Below, in pieces: positions 20,629 through 31,080 of a DNA stretch of 64,000 nt. The first letter of the stretch is position 1. Every line of letters begins with the position of its first letter. The DNA is taken from the NCBI GenBank assembly GCA_025558095.1, contig JAIVFI010000020.1:372001-436000 (forward strand). The letters are read 5' to 3'. A program made the translations under genes and the position numbers. The notes under the pieces are model-generated. The model saw only the letters and a program-made list of their open reading frames with translations, ran no database searches and had not been told where the DNA came from. Source of the DNA: Hyaloraphidium curvatum SAG 235-1. Its lineage: Eukaryota; Fungi; Monoblepharomycota.

Positions 20629-23127
20629 CTAACGGTCGCTCAAGCCAACCGCGTGCTCGAACTTCCCCTGCACGCCTCCGATCAATCTTTCAACCTTCCC
20701 CTCCCGCTCGAGAGTGTCCAGCACCAGCGTGGTGATCGCGGCCCAGTGGTCGCTGAGAAAATGCCTCTGCCCCTTTTCGGCGATCTGCTCGCGATCCTTG
20801 GCGTACCCGCCGTAGCGCACTGGATCCCGTCTGTAGGCCGCCCAGAAATCGCGCGCGCGATCGGTAACCTGGGTGCGCATGCGGAACAGCGCGTGCGCGA
20901 GCTCGTGGTACCGCTGCGCCTTGTCCTTGCAGAAGCTCCCGAAAGCAAACGGGCCTGCGGGCGGTGGCTCGGCACGGCCCTGCCCATCCTGCGCGTTTCG
21001 GCCCAGCTTGCGCTGCTCGGTGCGCGGTTCGAACGAGAAGGCATCGTATGGTTCGCCGTGGAACGACACGGCGAATGCAATCGGCTGCAGCTTGCCGCAG
21101 GCCGAGCACTTTTCGCGGTGGTCGCTCGTCGAGACCGAAGGCTGCGCCGTAAAGATCGGAAACCAGTCCAGCGCCCGCACCAGATCCGACGGCCAGCTCG
21201 TCTCCGGCACCATCTGCTTCCGCTCGATGATTTTGTCCAGCACGAGCGCGAGGGGCTGATAGAACTCCTGCAGAGGACCGCTGCCGTGCATCTCGCGCTT
21301 CACTTGCGCGGGAAAGTCGGCCGGGTGGAAGTAGGAGCTGACGAAGTAGGGAACGACGAGGGCCAGGGCTTCGTCGAACGTCGTCACGGGGACAAAGCTC
21401 GGCTTCTTCGGGCGACCGCTTCCGCGGGGCTCGTCGTCGTCGTCCACGACGAACCCGCTCTCCCACCGGTCCAGGTCGACGCCCGTCACGTCTTCGCCGC
21501 TGTCAGACGAGCTTCCAGACGACTCATGCTGGCGACGCCCAACCGGGTGAGAACCCTCGCGCTTCGCCTCGCGCCGAGCGCGGAGCTCCGCGAGCCCGGC
21601 GCGCTTCTCCTCCGCATCCCTGCTCATGGCCGTGCGCGGCGACCTCAGCTCGCGGGTCGGCGATGCGCTGCGAGCGTCCCTTTGCTGCGCCGGCCTGACT
21701 CCGGAAGGCCGCTCTTGGCGCCGGTCTGAGCCCTGCCTCTCGCGGTCGCAGGAACGGCGGTCCGGGCTCCGGCGGTCGCGATCCCTCGGTGCTTCCCCGC
21801 GGTTCCGTTCGCGGTCGCGGTCCCCAGTCTTCCTCTCCGCTCCCTGCACGCGTCCGCCCGACGGGCCCGAGCGCACGACCTCGTCCCTCTTCTTGGCGGC
21901 CGGCATATCCGTGAGCCTGTCGCTCCTCACGTCTCTGGGGGCCACGATAAAGTCCTCGCCAGAGGAGGCGTCGCTGGACCTGCGGCCGATCGCGCCGAGC
22001 TTCTGCGGTATCGGAGCAGGAGACTCGATGACGAACGTCGGCCTCGCGGTCTCGAACTCGACCGCGGCCCTGGGTTTCTTGGCCGACCGACCGCCCCTTT
22101 CGGGCTCGGAGTCGGACTCTTCCTTTGCGCCCGTCTTGCGCGCGGTGTACCGCGGCTTTTCCTTCTCCTTCGGCTCCTTCGGTGCCACGTCGGCGGACAG
22201 CGCCACCCGCTTCTTCAGGCTCCACTCCGATCCGCCCATCTCCGCGGCCACGGACAGCGGCGGCAGCTTCGGGGCGCTCGGCGGGGCAACCACGATCAGC
22301 GAGGCGGCGCTCTTGCGCTCGGGCTGCGGCGACGCAGTGCGGTTCGCCGGGCGCTGTCCGTCCGCGGGAGATTGCTGGGCACGAACAATGGTGGACACCG
22401 GGTGCACCGTGGCGCGCACGGGATCCTCGACGGCTCGCTGTCCGCTCCTGGCTTCTTTGCTCGCTTTCGAGGAGGCAGTCCGGTCCTTGGCTTCGCGGTC
22501 CTTTCTCTTCGGCCGTGGAGCACTCGAATCGTCGCTCGCCGCATCTTCATTGGCGGCTACTTTGCCGGTTGCTGCTTTCGAGCGTTGGGCCAGCGGCACG
22601 GATTCGAGTTCGCTTTCGCCGAGGTCGAACGGGTCCGAGTCGGAAGAGGGCTTCGGCTTCTTCTTGAACCGGAGCTTCTCGATCGGCTGGCCGAGACCGA
22701 GGTCCTCGTACGTCTTCCTGCTCATCATATGGTTCCGGAGCTTCGTCACGGCGCGGAGCTTGCACTCGTCGTCGGAGTCACTGATCTCAATGACCACCTC
22801 CAGGTGCCGGTCCGGTCTCCAGAAAAGCTTCTCGCTCGCGGGCTCCTCCCCGGCCGGCAAAGGGCTGCGCGCGAGCCTCTCCGTCGAAAGCAGTTTCCTG
22901 GAGTCGTCCACGAGCTCGATTTCGACGACAACGCTCTTGCTCGGACGCGTGCGCGGCGTTGCCGGGGAGCCTTCGAGCATGCCCGCGTCCATCTTTGCAG
23001 CGGCGTCCGCGGGTCTGCCCGGGCGAGCGGGTTCGGCGGGGGACGCCTCCCCGGCCTCCCCCGACGAGACGCTCCACGCGTCCGCGTGCGGCGGAGCCCT
23101 CCCGCCGTCCACGTCGTCGAGCGACAT
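20629..23127 (-). CDS. Disordered nuclear protein with C-terminal DUF4211 (CCDC82-like) domain
   Basis: Long charged low-complexity region, then W..DLVRALD, CSACG, GEPYD and FGSFC..KA..YH.L.H pattern. Confidence 0.7.
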   Translation of the reverse strand: MSLDDVDGGRAPPHADAWSVSSGEAGEASPAEPARPGRPADAAAKMDAGMLEGSPATPRTRPSKSVVVEIELVDDSRKLLSTERLARSPLPAGEEPASEKLFWRPDRHLEVVIEISDSDDECKLRAVTKLRNHMMSRKTYEDLGLGQPIEKLRFKKKPKPSSDSDPFDLGESELESVPLAQRSKAATGKVAANEDAASDDSSAPRPKRKDREAKDRTASSKASKEARSGQRAVEDPVRATVHPVSTIVRAQQSPADGQRPANRTASPQPERKSAASLIVVAPPSAPKLPPLSVAAEMGGSEWSLKKRVALSADVAPKEPKEKEKPRYTARKTGAKEESDSEPERGGRSAKKPRAAVEFETARPTFVIESPAPIPQKLGAIGRRSSDASSGEDFIVAPRDVRSDRLTDMPAAKKRDEVVRSGPSGGRVQGAERKTGDRDRERNRGEAPRDRDRRSPDRRSCDRERQGSDRRQERPSGVRPAQQRDARSASPTRELRSPRTAMSRDAEEKRAGLAELRARREAKREGSHPVGRRQHESSGSSSDSGEDVTGVDLDRWESGFVVDDDDEPRGSGRPKKPSFVPVTTFDEALALVVPYFVSSYFHPADFPAQVKREMHGSGPLQEFYQPLALVLDKIIERKQMVPETSWPSDLVRALDWFPIFTAQPSVSTSDHREKCSACGKLQPIAFAVSFHGEPYDAFSFEPRTEQRKLGRNAQDGQGRAEPPPAGPFAFGSFCKDKAQRYHELAHALFRMRTQVTDRARDFWAAYRRDPVRYGGYAKDREQIAEKGQRHFLSDHWAAITTLVLDTLEREGKVERLIGGVQGKFEHAVGLSDR

Positions 23128-23975
23128 CGCGCGGCCGGGCGGGGCGAAGGAGGCGCGGCGCTCGCTTTGAGGGGGACGAGTGTTTGCGAGTTGAATCCCG
23201 CTTGACTACGCGCAACTCCGTCTCGAGACGTCGGCGCATGAAAGCACGGCGCACGCGATGGGCTCATTCTTCCGCGGCTTCTACTACCCGACGCTGATGA
23301 ACTCGGTCCTCTCGCGGGCCGGACGTCTCCCCGTTCTATGCACTTCCCATCTCTCGTCCTGGTCAACGGGGGCCTGACGGCGCTCCGCGTAATAGAAAAG
23401 GTCGAGGATTGGAATCAGATCATCAAGCGATGGAGGACCTGCTCTTGAGCTTGGAAGTGCTTGCTCTGAGGGTGGATGCTTTGACCGCTGCCACAGCAGC
23501 GTGCACTGTCATCAACAAGCAAGAGCAATGGACGGCAACAAGACGATCTTTCGGGACTTCGCATGCTTCGTCACCGTGAGGGACAATGGGGCGCCACGAG
23601 GCTGGAGGATCGCTGAGGTTTCGCGGATAGGAAGATGAACCCGGGCTGAGGGGTGGACGACCGAGGATGCGTGGAAGGAGGGCGGGGCAGTACCGGGAGC
23701 GAAGCTCTGATTTTGCCGTGAACTTTATCGGAGATCTCCGACCTTTTCTGGTAGAGAGTTTCGTAACAGAGCACCTTCCAACGAGGTCGACGGGATGCTG
23801 TGCGACGACACCGCCACACCTCCGACCTTCCGCGGAATCCCGCCCGCCACACTTCGAGTCCCGGCAGTACGACCTTCAGCCGGAAGGCTAGGCAATTCCA
23901 CCTTATAGCCTAGTTTGCGCGGCGAACGATGGGACCGTACAACGCACCTCAGCCTGAACCTCCGCGCCCCGAACC

Positions 23976-25722
23976 ATGGCCTTCGAAAACTACCTCCGCT
24001 CGCTCCTCTCGTCCCCGTTCCGCCGGAAGCGAATCGAGATCCTCGTCGCCGAAGCCGGGGAGCTCAAATTCAAGCGCAGCCTGGGACTCGCGGACCTCTT
24101 GGCGCTCGGCGTCGGCGGCATCGTCGGCGCCGGCATCTTCTCGCTCCCCGGCATCGTCGCGGGCCAGGATGCTGGGCCGGCCGTCATCGTTTCCTACGTT
24201 CTCGCGGGTTTCGTCGCGTGTTTCGCGGCCCTCAGCTACTGCGAGTTTGGCGCCATGATGCCCGTCTCGGGGTCGGCCTTCAGCTTCGTCTATTCGACCC
24301 TCGGCGAGCTGCTCGCATGGATCGTTGGCTGGGATCTGATCCTGGAGTACCTGATTGCGGCGGCGGCCGTTGCTGTCGGCTGGAGCGCGTATCTCCAGTC
24401 CTTCTTCGTCGACGCTTCGGGGGGGCGGATCGCGGGATTCTACGTGAGTTGCTCGCGAGTTCTACAGCGACTTCGCTGACGGCTTCCAATCAAGTACCCG
24501 TTGGTCAACGCCCCGTTTGCTTGGGACGAGGCTGGCTACGTCACCAGGCGATGCAACGGCCCCGACACGACAGCACCGGGCTACGAGTGCGGCATAATCA
24601 ACCTCCCCGCCGTTGCCATCTGCCTCGCCCTCACGGCGTGCCTCGCCTTGGGCAGCAAGGAGACCGCGCTGCTCAACAACGTCGCCGTGGTGCTCAAGAT
24701 CACCATCATCCTCGTCTTTGTCTTTTCAAACGTGAAGTTCATCGAGCCCGCAAACTACGTCCCCTTCGTGCCCCCGAGCGAAGGCGGCAAGTTCGGCGTG
24801 CACGGCATTTTCAAGGGTGCCGTCACGGTCTTCTTCGGCTTCCTGGGCTTCGACGGCGTCACGACCGTCGCGCAGGAGGCCAGGAATCCGCAGCGCGACC
24901 TCCCGATCGGCATTCTGGGCAGCCTGTTCGTCGCGACCGTCCTCTGTAGGTATTTCGCACCCGCATCCGCAAAGTAGTTCTCCTCACGTGACCCTCCGCT
25001 GGCCTGCAGACATGGCCGTGTCGGCCGTGATGGTTGGCCTGGTGCCCTACCCGCAGCTCAACACCGCCGCTCCCATGAGCGTCGCGATCGACGCCACCGG
25101 CCTCACCTGGCTCGCGGCCCTGACCGATTTCGGCGCGCTGCTGGGGCTCGGCACCGTCGTGCTGGTCTGCATCATGGCCCAGCCTCGGATCCTCGCCGCC
25201 ATGGCGCGGGACGGCCTGCTGCCGTCGCAGTTTGCACGTGTGAGCGAAAAGAGGGGCACGCCGGTGGTGACGACGCTCGTCTGCGGCGCGGCGGCGGCGA
25301 TCATGGCCGGTCTGCTGCCGATCGACTTTTTGGCGAGCATGACCAGCGTGGGGACGCTGATGGCCTTTTTCCTGGTCTCGGTCGCGCTGCCGATCAACCG
25401 GCTCATGTACCCGGACGTCGAACGGCCGTTCCGCATCGGGGGCAAGGGGAGGTTCGGCGACGTCTTTGCCTGGATGTGGTGTATGATCGGTGCCGCCCTG
25501 TGCATGGGGCTCCTGGTCGTCTCTTCGATCGGGGCGACGCAGATCATCTACCGCGTACTCTTCTGGGACGGGATCGGCCTCGTGTTGTACCTGCTCTACG
25601 GTTCCTGGCACTCGAACCTGGCCAGGAACCCGGAGCACAACGCGGAGCCGGACAAGCACCCGGCAATCGCGGCCACGAAGGATAGCGCCGCCGAGGAGGG
25701 CAAGTCGCCGGTGGAGCTGTGA
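23976..25722 (+). CDS. APC-superfamily cationic amino acid transporter (CAT/YfnA-like)
   Basis: LALGVGGIVGAGIF, AGPAV, GSAFSFVY, GWDLILEY, FLGFDGVTTVAQEARNPQRDLPIGI, PRIL.AMARDGLLP; two introns. Confidence 0.9.
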
Positions 25723-25959
25723 GATCGGAACTGGACTGGTGGGGAGCTCGAGCACGGGGCAGGTTCGTTCGAGGATATCTTCTGCTTCTTTTTGCTATCT
25801 GTTGTACAATCATTGAAGCATCTGAATCAAATCGTTCACATCATCACTGCCAAAGGAAGAAGATTCTCGGCGGCATTGCCGGCGAGCCCCCGGCGGCCTG
25901 GTATCCTGGTATCGCAGCAAGGCAAAGCGCGCGGGCACAAACCTGTTGCGGAATGAAGC

Positions 25960-27762
25960 TCATCTCCGCGTGCGCTTGCTCGGCGGCCCGTCGTCCCCGT
26001 AGTCCACCTCGTCCCCGTCGTCCCCGCCGAAAGCGATGCACTCCTCCTCGAGCTCGGCCTCGCCGTCCTCCCCCGACGCGCCCTCGGAATCGTCGAGCAC
26101 GAACACCTCGGGATGCTCCTCATCCTCGGACTCGCCGGGCTCCCCGGCACCGGCGTCGACCTCGGGATCCAGCACCTCGACCTCGACCGCCGCGGGCTCG
26201 CCCGCGGAGGCGGCTTCCGATCCATCGGCGGAATCGACCCCGTCGACCAGCGGCTCGTCGTCCGAATCCAGGTCCATGTCCATGGCCATGTCCGCGTCGG
26301 CCTCCTCCTCGTCGTCCTCGTCGTCCTCGAGCGGCGAGGCCCCGTTGTTCCCGTCCAGATCCTCGAACCCGAGCAGGTAGTCGTCGTCCCGGCCCTCCTC
26401 GGTGGCGACCGAAGGCGGCCCCGCCTGGTCCGTCGCTTTCGCTTTTTCGTGCCTCGCCTTGCGGTTCCTCGCCACGTGCGGCAGCCTGCACTTGGGATCC
26501 CCGCACTCGCCCTTCTCGTCCTCGGTCGGACAGACGCGGTAGTGCTTCTCGGTGCACGCGGCGCCGCGGTCGCACCACCCTTCCGCGGCGAACTGCGCGC
26601 ACACCTTTGCGCCGTCGGGAAGCTTGACGTGCGCGAACCTGCAGTCGTCCCCGCTCCTGCACCTGCCGGCCTGGAAGTGCCTGCACAGCGGGGTGTTGTT
26701 GGCGTTGGGCTCGTGCGAGAGGCGGCACTCGGTTCCCTGCGGGTGCGGCCGGCGGAGGAGCCACAACGGGCACAGGGCCACGCGGCCGGGGACGTGGAGG
26801 AAGCGGCATTTCGGGCGGAGGCACTGCCCGCGCAGGGTGTGGAAGGTGCAGTGCCTGGAGCGGGGTTTGCTGGGGCGCGCGCGGTGAAGTGCGGCGCGGC
26901 GGGCGCGGTCTGCGGGGCGCACGTACCTGGGTGCCAGGCGGAGGTTGCCGTTGACGGTGCGCAGGTACACGCGGCCGCCGAGCGTGACGGCCTTGGGCAG
27001 CGCGGCGGGGGCCTGGGCGGCTGCGGCGGAGCGGAGCACCAGCTTGTGCGGGCGCGCGGGGTCGCGGAGGTACGGCACGCCGTTGACGAGCACGGTCTGC
27101 ATCTTCTGGCGGCGCTGCGGCGGGCCTGCGGCTGCACCTGCGGGAGGGGTTCGCGGTTTCTGGCTGCCCACGCGCACGAACGTGTTGCCCCGCAGCGACT
27201 TTCTGTATGCGACGCCGTTGATCTCGACGGTTGCGCCGGGGCGGGCGGTGCGCAGGGCGGCGGTTGCGGGCGTGCGCGGCAGCACGCGGGGCAGCGTCTT
27301 GGGTGCGACGCCCGCTTTGGCCAGCGAGTCGAGGATGCGCTTGCGCGAGGCCTGGGCGGCTGCGCCGACCTCTGGCAGCGCCGAGCGGCGGATGAGCTGG
27401 TGCGAGCGCTTCTTGACCCACTGCGGGGGAGGGGCGGAGGGGGCGTTGGAGGGCGTTGCGGAGGAGGGGACCGGGGGAGGGGGAACGGCAGGGGAGGCCG
27501 TCGGGGCGCCCCCGTTGTTGACCAGCGTCCGGTGGCGCGGCCGCTGCGGCGCCTGCTTCACTTGAGGCGCGCGCGGCGGCGCCGAGGCCGGCCGGCCGGG
27601 GGGCCGCGCGGGCGGCCGCGGGTTCGCCTTCGCCGCCGCGACCGCCGCGTCGACCGCCTTGCGCCGGTTGATCGCGCCAGACAGCTCGGCAATCTGCCGC
27701 AGCAGCGCGGACGTCGTCGGCGAGTGCGGCCCGCCGTCCGCCGGCCCGCGCTTGGGCGGCAT
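25960..27762 (-). CDS. Tandem CCCH zinc-finger protein (ZC3H3/Red5-like)
   Basis: Five CCCH-type fingers (e.g. CRHFQAGRCRSGDDCRFAH); N-terminal LLRQIAELSGAINR; acidic tail. Confidence 0.8.
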   Translation of the reverse strand: MPPKRGPADGGPHSPTTSALLRQIAELSGAINRRKAVDAAVAAAKANPRPPARPPGRPASAPPRAPQVKQAPQRPRHRTLVNNGGAPTASPAVPPPPVPSSATPSNAPSAPPPQWVKKRSHQLIRRSALPEVGAAAQASRKRILDSLAKAGVAPKTLPRVLPRTPATAALRTARPGATVEINGVAYRKSLRGNTFVRVGSQKPRTPPAGAAAGPPQRRQKMQTVLVNGVPYLRDPARPHKLVLRSAAAAQAPAALPKAVTLGGRVYLRTVNGNLRLAPRYVRPADRARRAALHRARPSKPRSRHCTFHTLRGQCLRPKCRFLHVPGRVALCPLWLLRRPHPQGTECRLSHEPNANNTPLCRHFQAGRCRSGDDCRFAHVKLPDGAKVCAQFAAEGWCDRGAACTEKHYRVCPTEDEKGECGDPKCRLPHVARNRKARHEKAKATDQAGPPSVATEEGRDDDYLLGFEDLDGNNGASPLEDDEDDEEEADADMAMDMDLDSDDEPLVDGVDSADGSEAASAGEPAAVEVEVLDPEVDAGAGEPGESEDEEHPEVFVLDDSEGASGEDGEAELEEECIAFGGDDGDEVDYGDDGPPSKRTRR

Positions 27763-28151
27763 CGTGTTTGCGGTGATTGGTGGTCCGGGGTCGAATCCGC
27801 TGCCTCCTCAAAGCGAGGAGCGAGGCGCCAGATCAAGCCTACCCCACTTCAGGGTCTCGATGCTCCTTGATCACACTCATGCAAATGCTAGAAGTCGCGT
27901 TGGTGGGATTCGCTGCTCTGCCGTGCTCGAGATCTTCGCGGCTTATTACGAAACTCCTTCCATGGCCATCCACGGCCATCTCCATCCTTTCCAGGCCCGG
28001 TCTGGGCGCGACGTGAAAGATCTTGCTGGCAATCCCAAAAATGGATTGATTTCCAAGCCTCCAGGCTTCATTGCGAGGGACGGCTCGAGCACAGATGAAC
28101 GGCCATCACGTGTCCAGCCGTCACCATCAAATCTCCAAACACTCCGCAACC

Positions 28152-29157
28152 ATGGAGGGCGAGGAAAAGACCTACGTGACCGACGACGACGTGGTCGGTA
28201 GGCTCATCTCGACCGCAGCTTCGCGATCCGCGCGCTGAATCCTACCGTCAAGTGTTCTACCGGCTCTGGAGGGCACGGGGAGAGCAGCGCGCCGTCGCCT
28301 TCTTCCTGCACGGATTCGGGGAGCATACCGGCCGATACCCGCACGTCTTCGGCCGCTTCGCCGAGAACGGCATCTCCACCATCGCCCCCGACCACCGCGG
28401 CCACGGACGCACGCAGGAGCTCAACAAGGACATGGTCAAGGGCCACATCGAGTCGGACGCGATGCTGGCGAGCTACCTGAAGCTCCTGCACCGCGTGGAG
28501 CGCGCCCTCATCGGGGACACGCCCGTCGTCGTCTTTGGCCACTCGATGGGCGCGCAGCTCGCGTTCCGGTTCACACAGCTATACGCCTCGGCCGTGCCCA
28601 ACTACGCCGGCACCGCGGGCTCCGCACCCTTTTTGGGCTTCTACACCAACCCCGTCACGCTGCAGCTGGTCCGCACCATCGGATACTTCCGCCCCACCTT
28701 CACCGCCGACTCGGGGCTGGCGCCGCAGCACATCTCCAACGACCCCGAGTCGGTCAGGCAGTACATGACGGATCCCTTGGTGCACTCGACGCTGGCCGCG
28801 CAGACGCTGCGGGATTGGGTGGCAAATATCCAGGCGATCCTCGGCGGGGCGGCCAAGTTCCGCTTCCCGCTGCTCATCACGGCGCAGCCGTCGGACCAGA
28901 TCGTGCCGCTGGCGCCGATCAGGGAGTTTTACGAGCGCGCGGGGAGCAGGCACAAGAAGATGGTGATACTTGGGCCCGAGTACAAGCACGAGGGTGGGTT
29001 GCCGGGTTGCGGTTTCCGAGGCTTGCGATCGGCTCACTTCCGGCGCGCAGCCCACAACGATGTTGGCAGGGAGGTTGTGCTGCAGGAGTGGGTCCGCTTT
29101 ATCTTGGAGCGAGCGGCGGCGGGACCGTGGCCGGGGGACGTCCCGGCATCGCTTTGA
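28152..29157 (+). CDS. Alpha/beta hydrolase, monoacylglycerol lipase/lysophospholipase-like
   Basis: HGFGEH, DHRGHG, GHSMG nucleophile, DQIV, and HE|AHND after removing the intron at 28994-29050. Confidence 0.88.
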
Positions 29158-29262
29158 GGACTCTTGGACATGGCTGGGCAGGATTGGTAGCCCTCTATCT
29201 ACTTCGACCTAATGGCCCGTTGGCCGCAAGAGATCAAGACAAAATCGCGCAAGAGCATTCCC

Positions 29263-30100
29263 CTAGTGCGACTTGGCCCCCACCCGCTCGACGAGCAGCA
29301 TCTTGCGCCACGGTACCCTGCTCTCGAACCCCTCCCACCCGACGTCGGCCTTGCCATCCGCACCCCCGACCCTCGCAAACACGTAGTCCGCGACCCTGAC
29401 CCCCCCGAACCACGACTCGCGGATCCACACACCCGGCTCCGCCTCGCGCAGGCCAAACAGCGCCATCCACGAGGGGATGCGGAGGTGGACCTGCGGCCAG
29501 CGCGCGAAGGCGGGGAAGCGGTCCGAGGGGGGGCGGATCCACGCGCGGGGAAGGAGGCGGGCGAGGAGGGGGAGGAGGGGGAGGAAGAAGTGCGGGACGA
29601 TGCTGACGTAGGATTTGCTCTGCTCGGAGGAAGAGTCAGCGTGCGAGATGGAGGTGCGTCAAGATCGCACCTCGTCGAGGTACGCCTCATACTCTAGCCC
29701 GGTCAGCCAGACCCACGCATATAGCAGGTAGCCCGCGATGTTGCCGTGCCAGGTCCAGCAGCCTGCTCCGTAGACGCGGAGCCAGAAGGAATGGGTCTCG
29801 GGCCGGTGGCGGATCCCGGCGAAAGAGACAAGTGAATCTGGAAGCGGATTGCCCCTGGAGAAGCCTTAGTCTTGCACGACGCGCGCCCGAGGCTTGCCGC
29901 ACCTCATGTGCCACACCCCGTACAGTGATGGGAGGAACTCATCGGGAGTGTTGGCGCGGTTTGCCGGGGGAAGGAGCGCTGACGTGGCGCAGGCGTTCCA
30001 TGGGACGCGCCGCAGCCGGTACGGCCCGAAGCGCACGGCGAAGCGGGGCAGATCGTGTACGCCCTTGGTCCCTGCCCAGTTCACGCGATGAAAGATATTC
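29263..30100 (-). CDS. Hypothetical protein, two introns, 5' end unresolved
   Basis: Spliced product GVWHMR|GNPLPDSLVSFAG...WTWHG...EYEAYLDE|SKS...WIRESWFGG; GT-AG introns keep the frame; no in-frame ATG found upstream. Confidence 0.6.
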
Positions 30101-30210
30101 TATGTGGTGCTTAGTGAAGTCTAATCCAACACCGTCGTCCACCAAAGGCAAGTTCTATCTCTCTCCCCTCCCGAAGCTGACTTGGCCCGCGGCCTCCCAT
30201 GCGTGACCGA

Positions 30211-31080
30211 TCACGAGCAGGAATTGGCCGCACCCTTGGTCGAGGCGGCCGTGGCCACGAATCCGCCCGTTCCATCGGGACAGCGGCCGTAGGTGGTGCC
30301 TGCGTGCGTTGCCCACGTGTACGAATCGATGAGGACGGTGGCGGTGGAGTCGGTGAAGATCCTTGCGCTGTCCGAGGACCCGAGACCAAAGCCAAAGTCG
30401 GCCTCCTCGACAACGTAAAAGGCTCCCGGGGCCAAGGTCGTGCCGGCCGGGATGGTGTAGGTACGCGTATTGTCGCTGTCCTGAACCAGGATACCGGAGA
30501 GGTTGACGGCTTCCGTTCCAATGTTGATGAGCTCGATCCAGTCGCCAGGGCTGCCGCCGCTCGATTCAACCTCGTTGATGCGCACGGAGGGCGTTGCGAC
30601 GGTAGCAGTTGTCACGCTCATAGTCGAGGTCTGTATCCAGCATGAGTCGAGCACGTGGCACGCAAGCAGGGCCCCTTACCGCGTAGAACGTAGTGGATGT
30701 AGCAACGGGGCAAGCATTTGCGGCCCCTTTTGTCGAGCTCGTCGTGACCACAAAGTTTCCGGTGCCGTCCGCGCAGCGGCCATAGGTTGTCGCAGCATGC
30801 GTCGCCCACACGTACGAGTCGATCAAAGTGGAAGCCGAGAAATCGGTAAAGATTCTGGCGCTGTCCGAACTTCCAAGCCCGAACCCGAGCGCGGCCTCTT
30901 CAATGACGTAAAAGCTGCCTGGGGCGAGGGTCGTTCCCGCCGGAATTGTGTAGTTTCGGGTATCGTCGTTGTCTCGCACCAGTATACCAGAGAGATCCAC
31001 GGTTTCGCTGCCCACATTGATCAACTCGATCCAGTCGCCGGGAGTGCCCCCGCTCGATTCAACTTCGTTGATGCGAATCG
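30211..31080 (-). repeat. Intragenic tandem duplication of the LTD domain
   Basis: Highly similar coding units at about 30220-30585 and 30715-31080. Confidence 0.85.

Noticed and set aside
23130-23970. Short ORFs between the DUF4211 gene and the permease
   Set aside because: No recognisable motif or consistent splice model.
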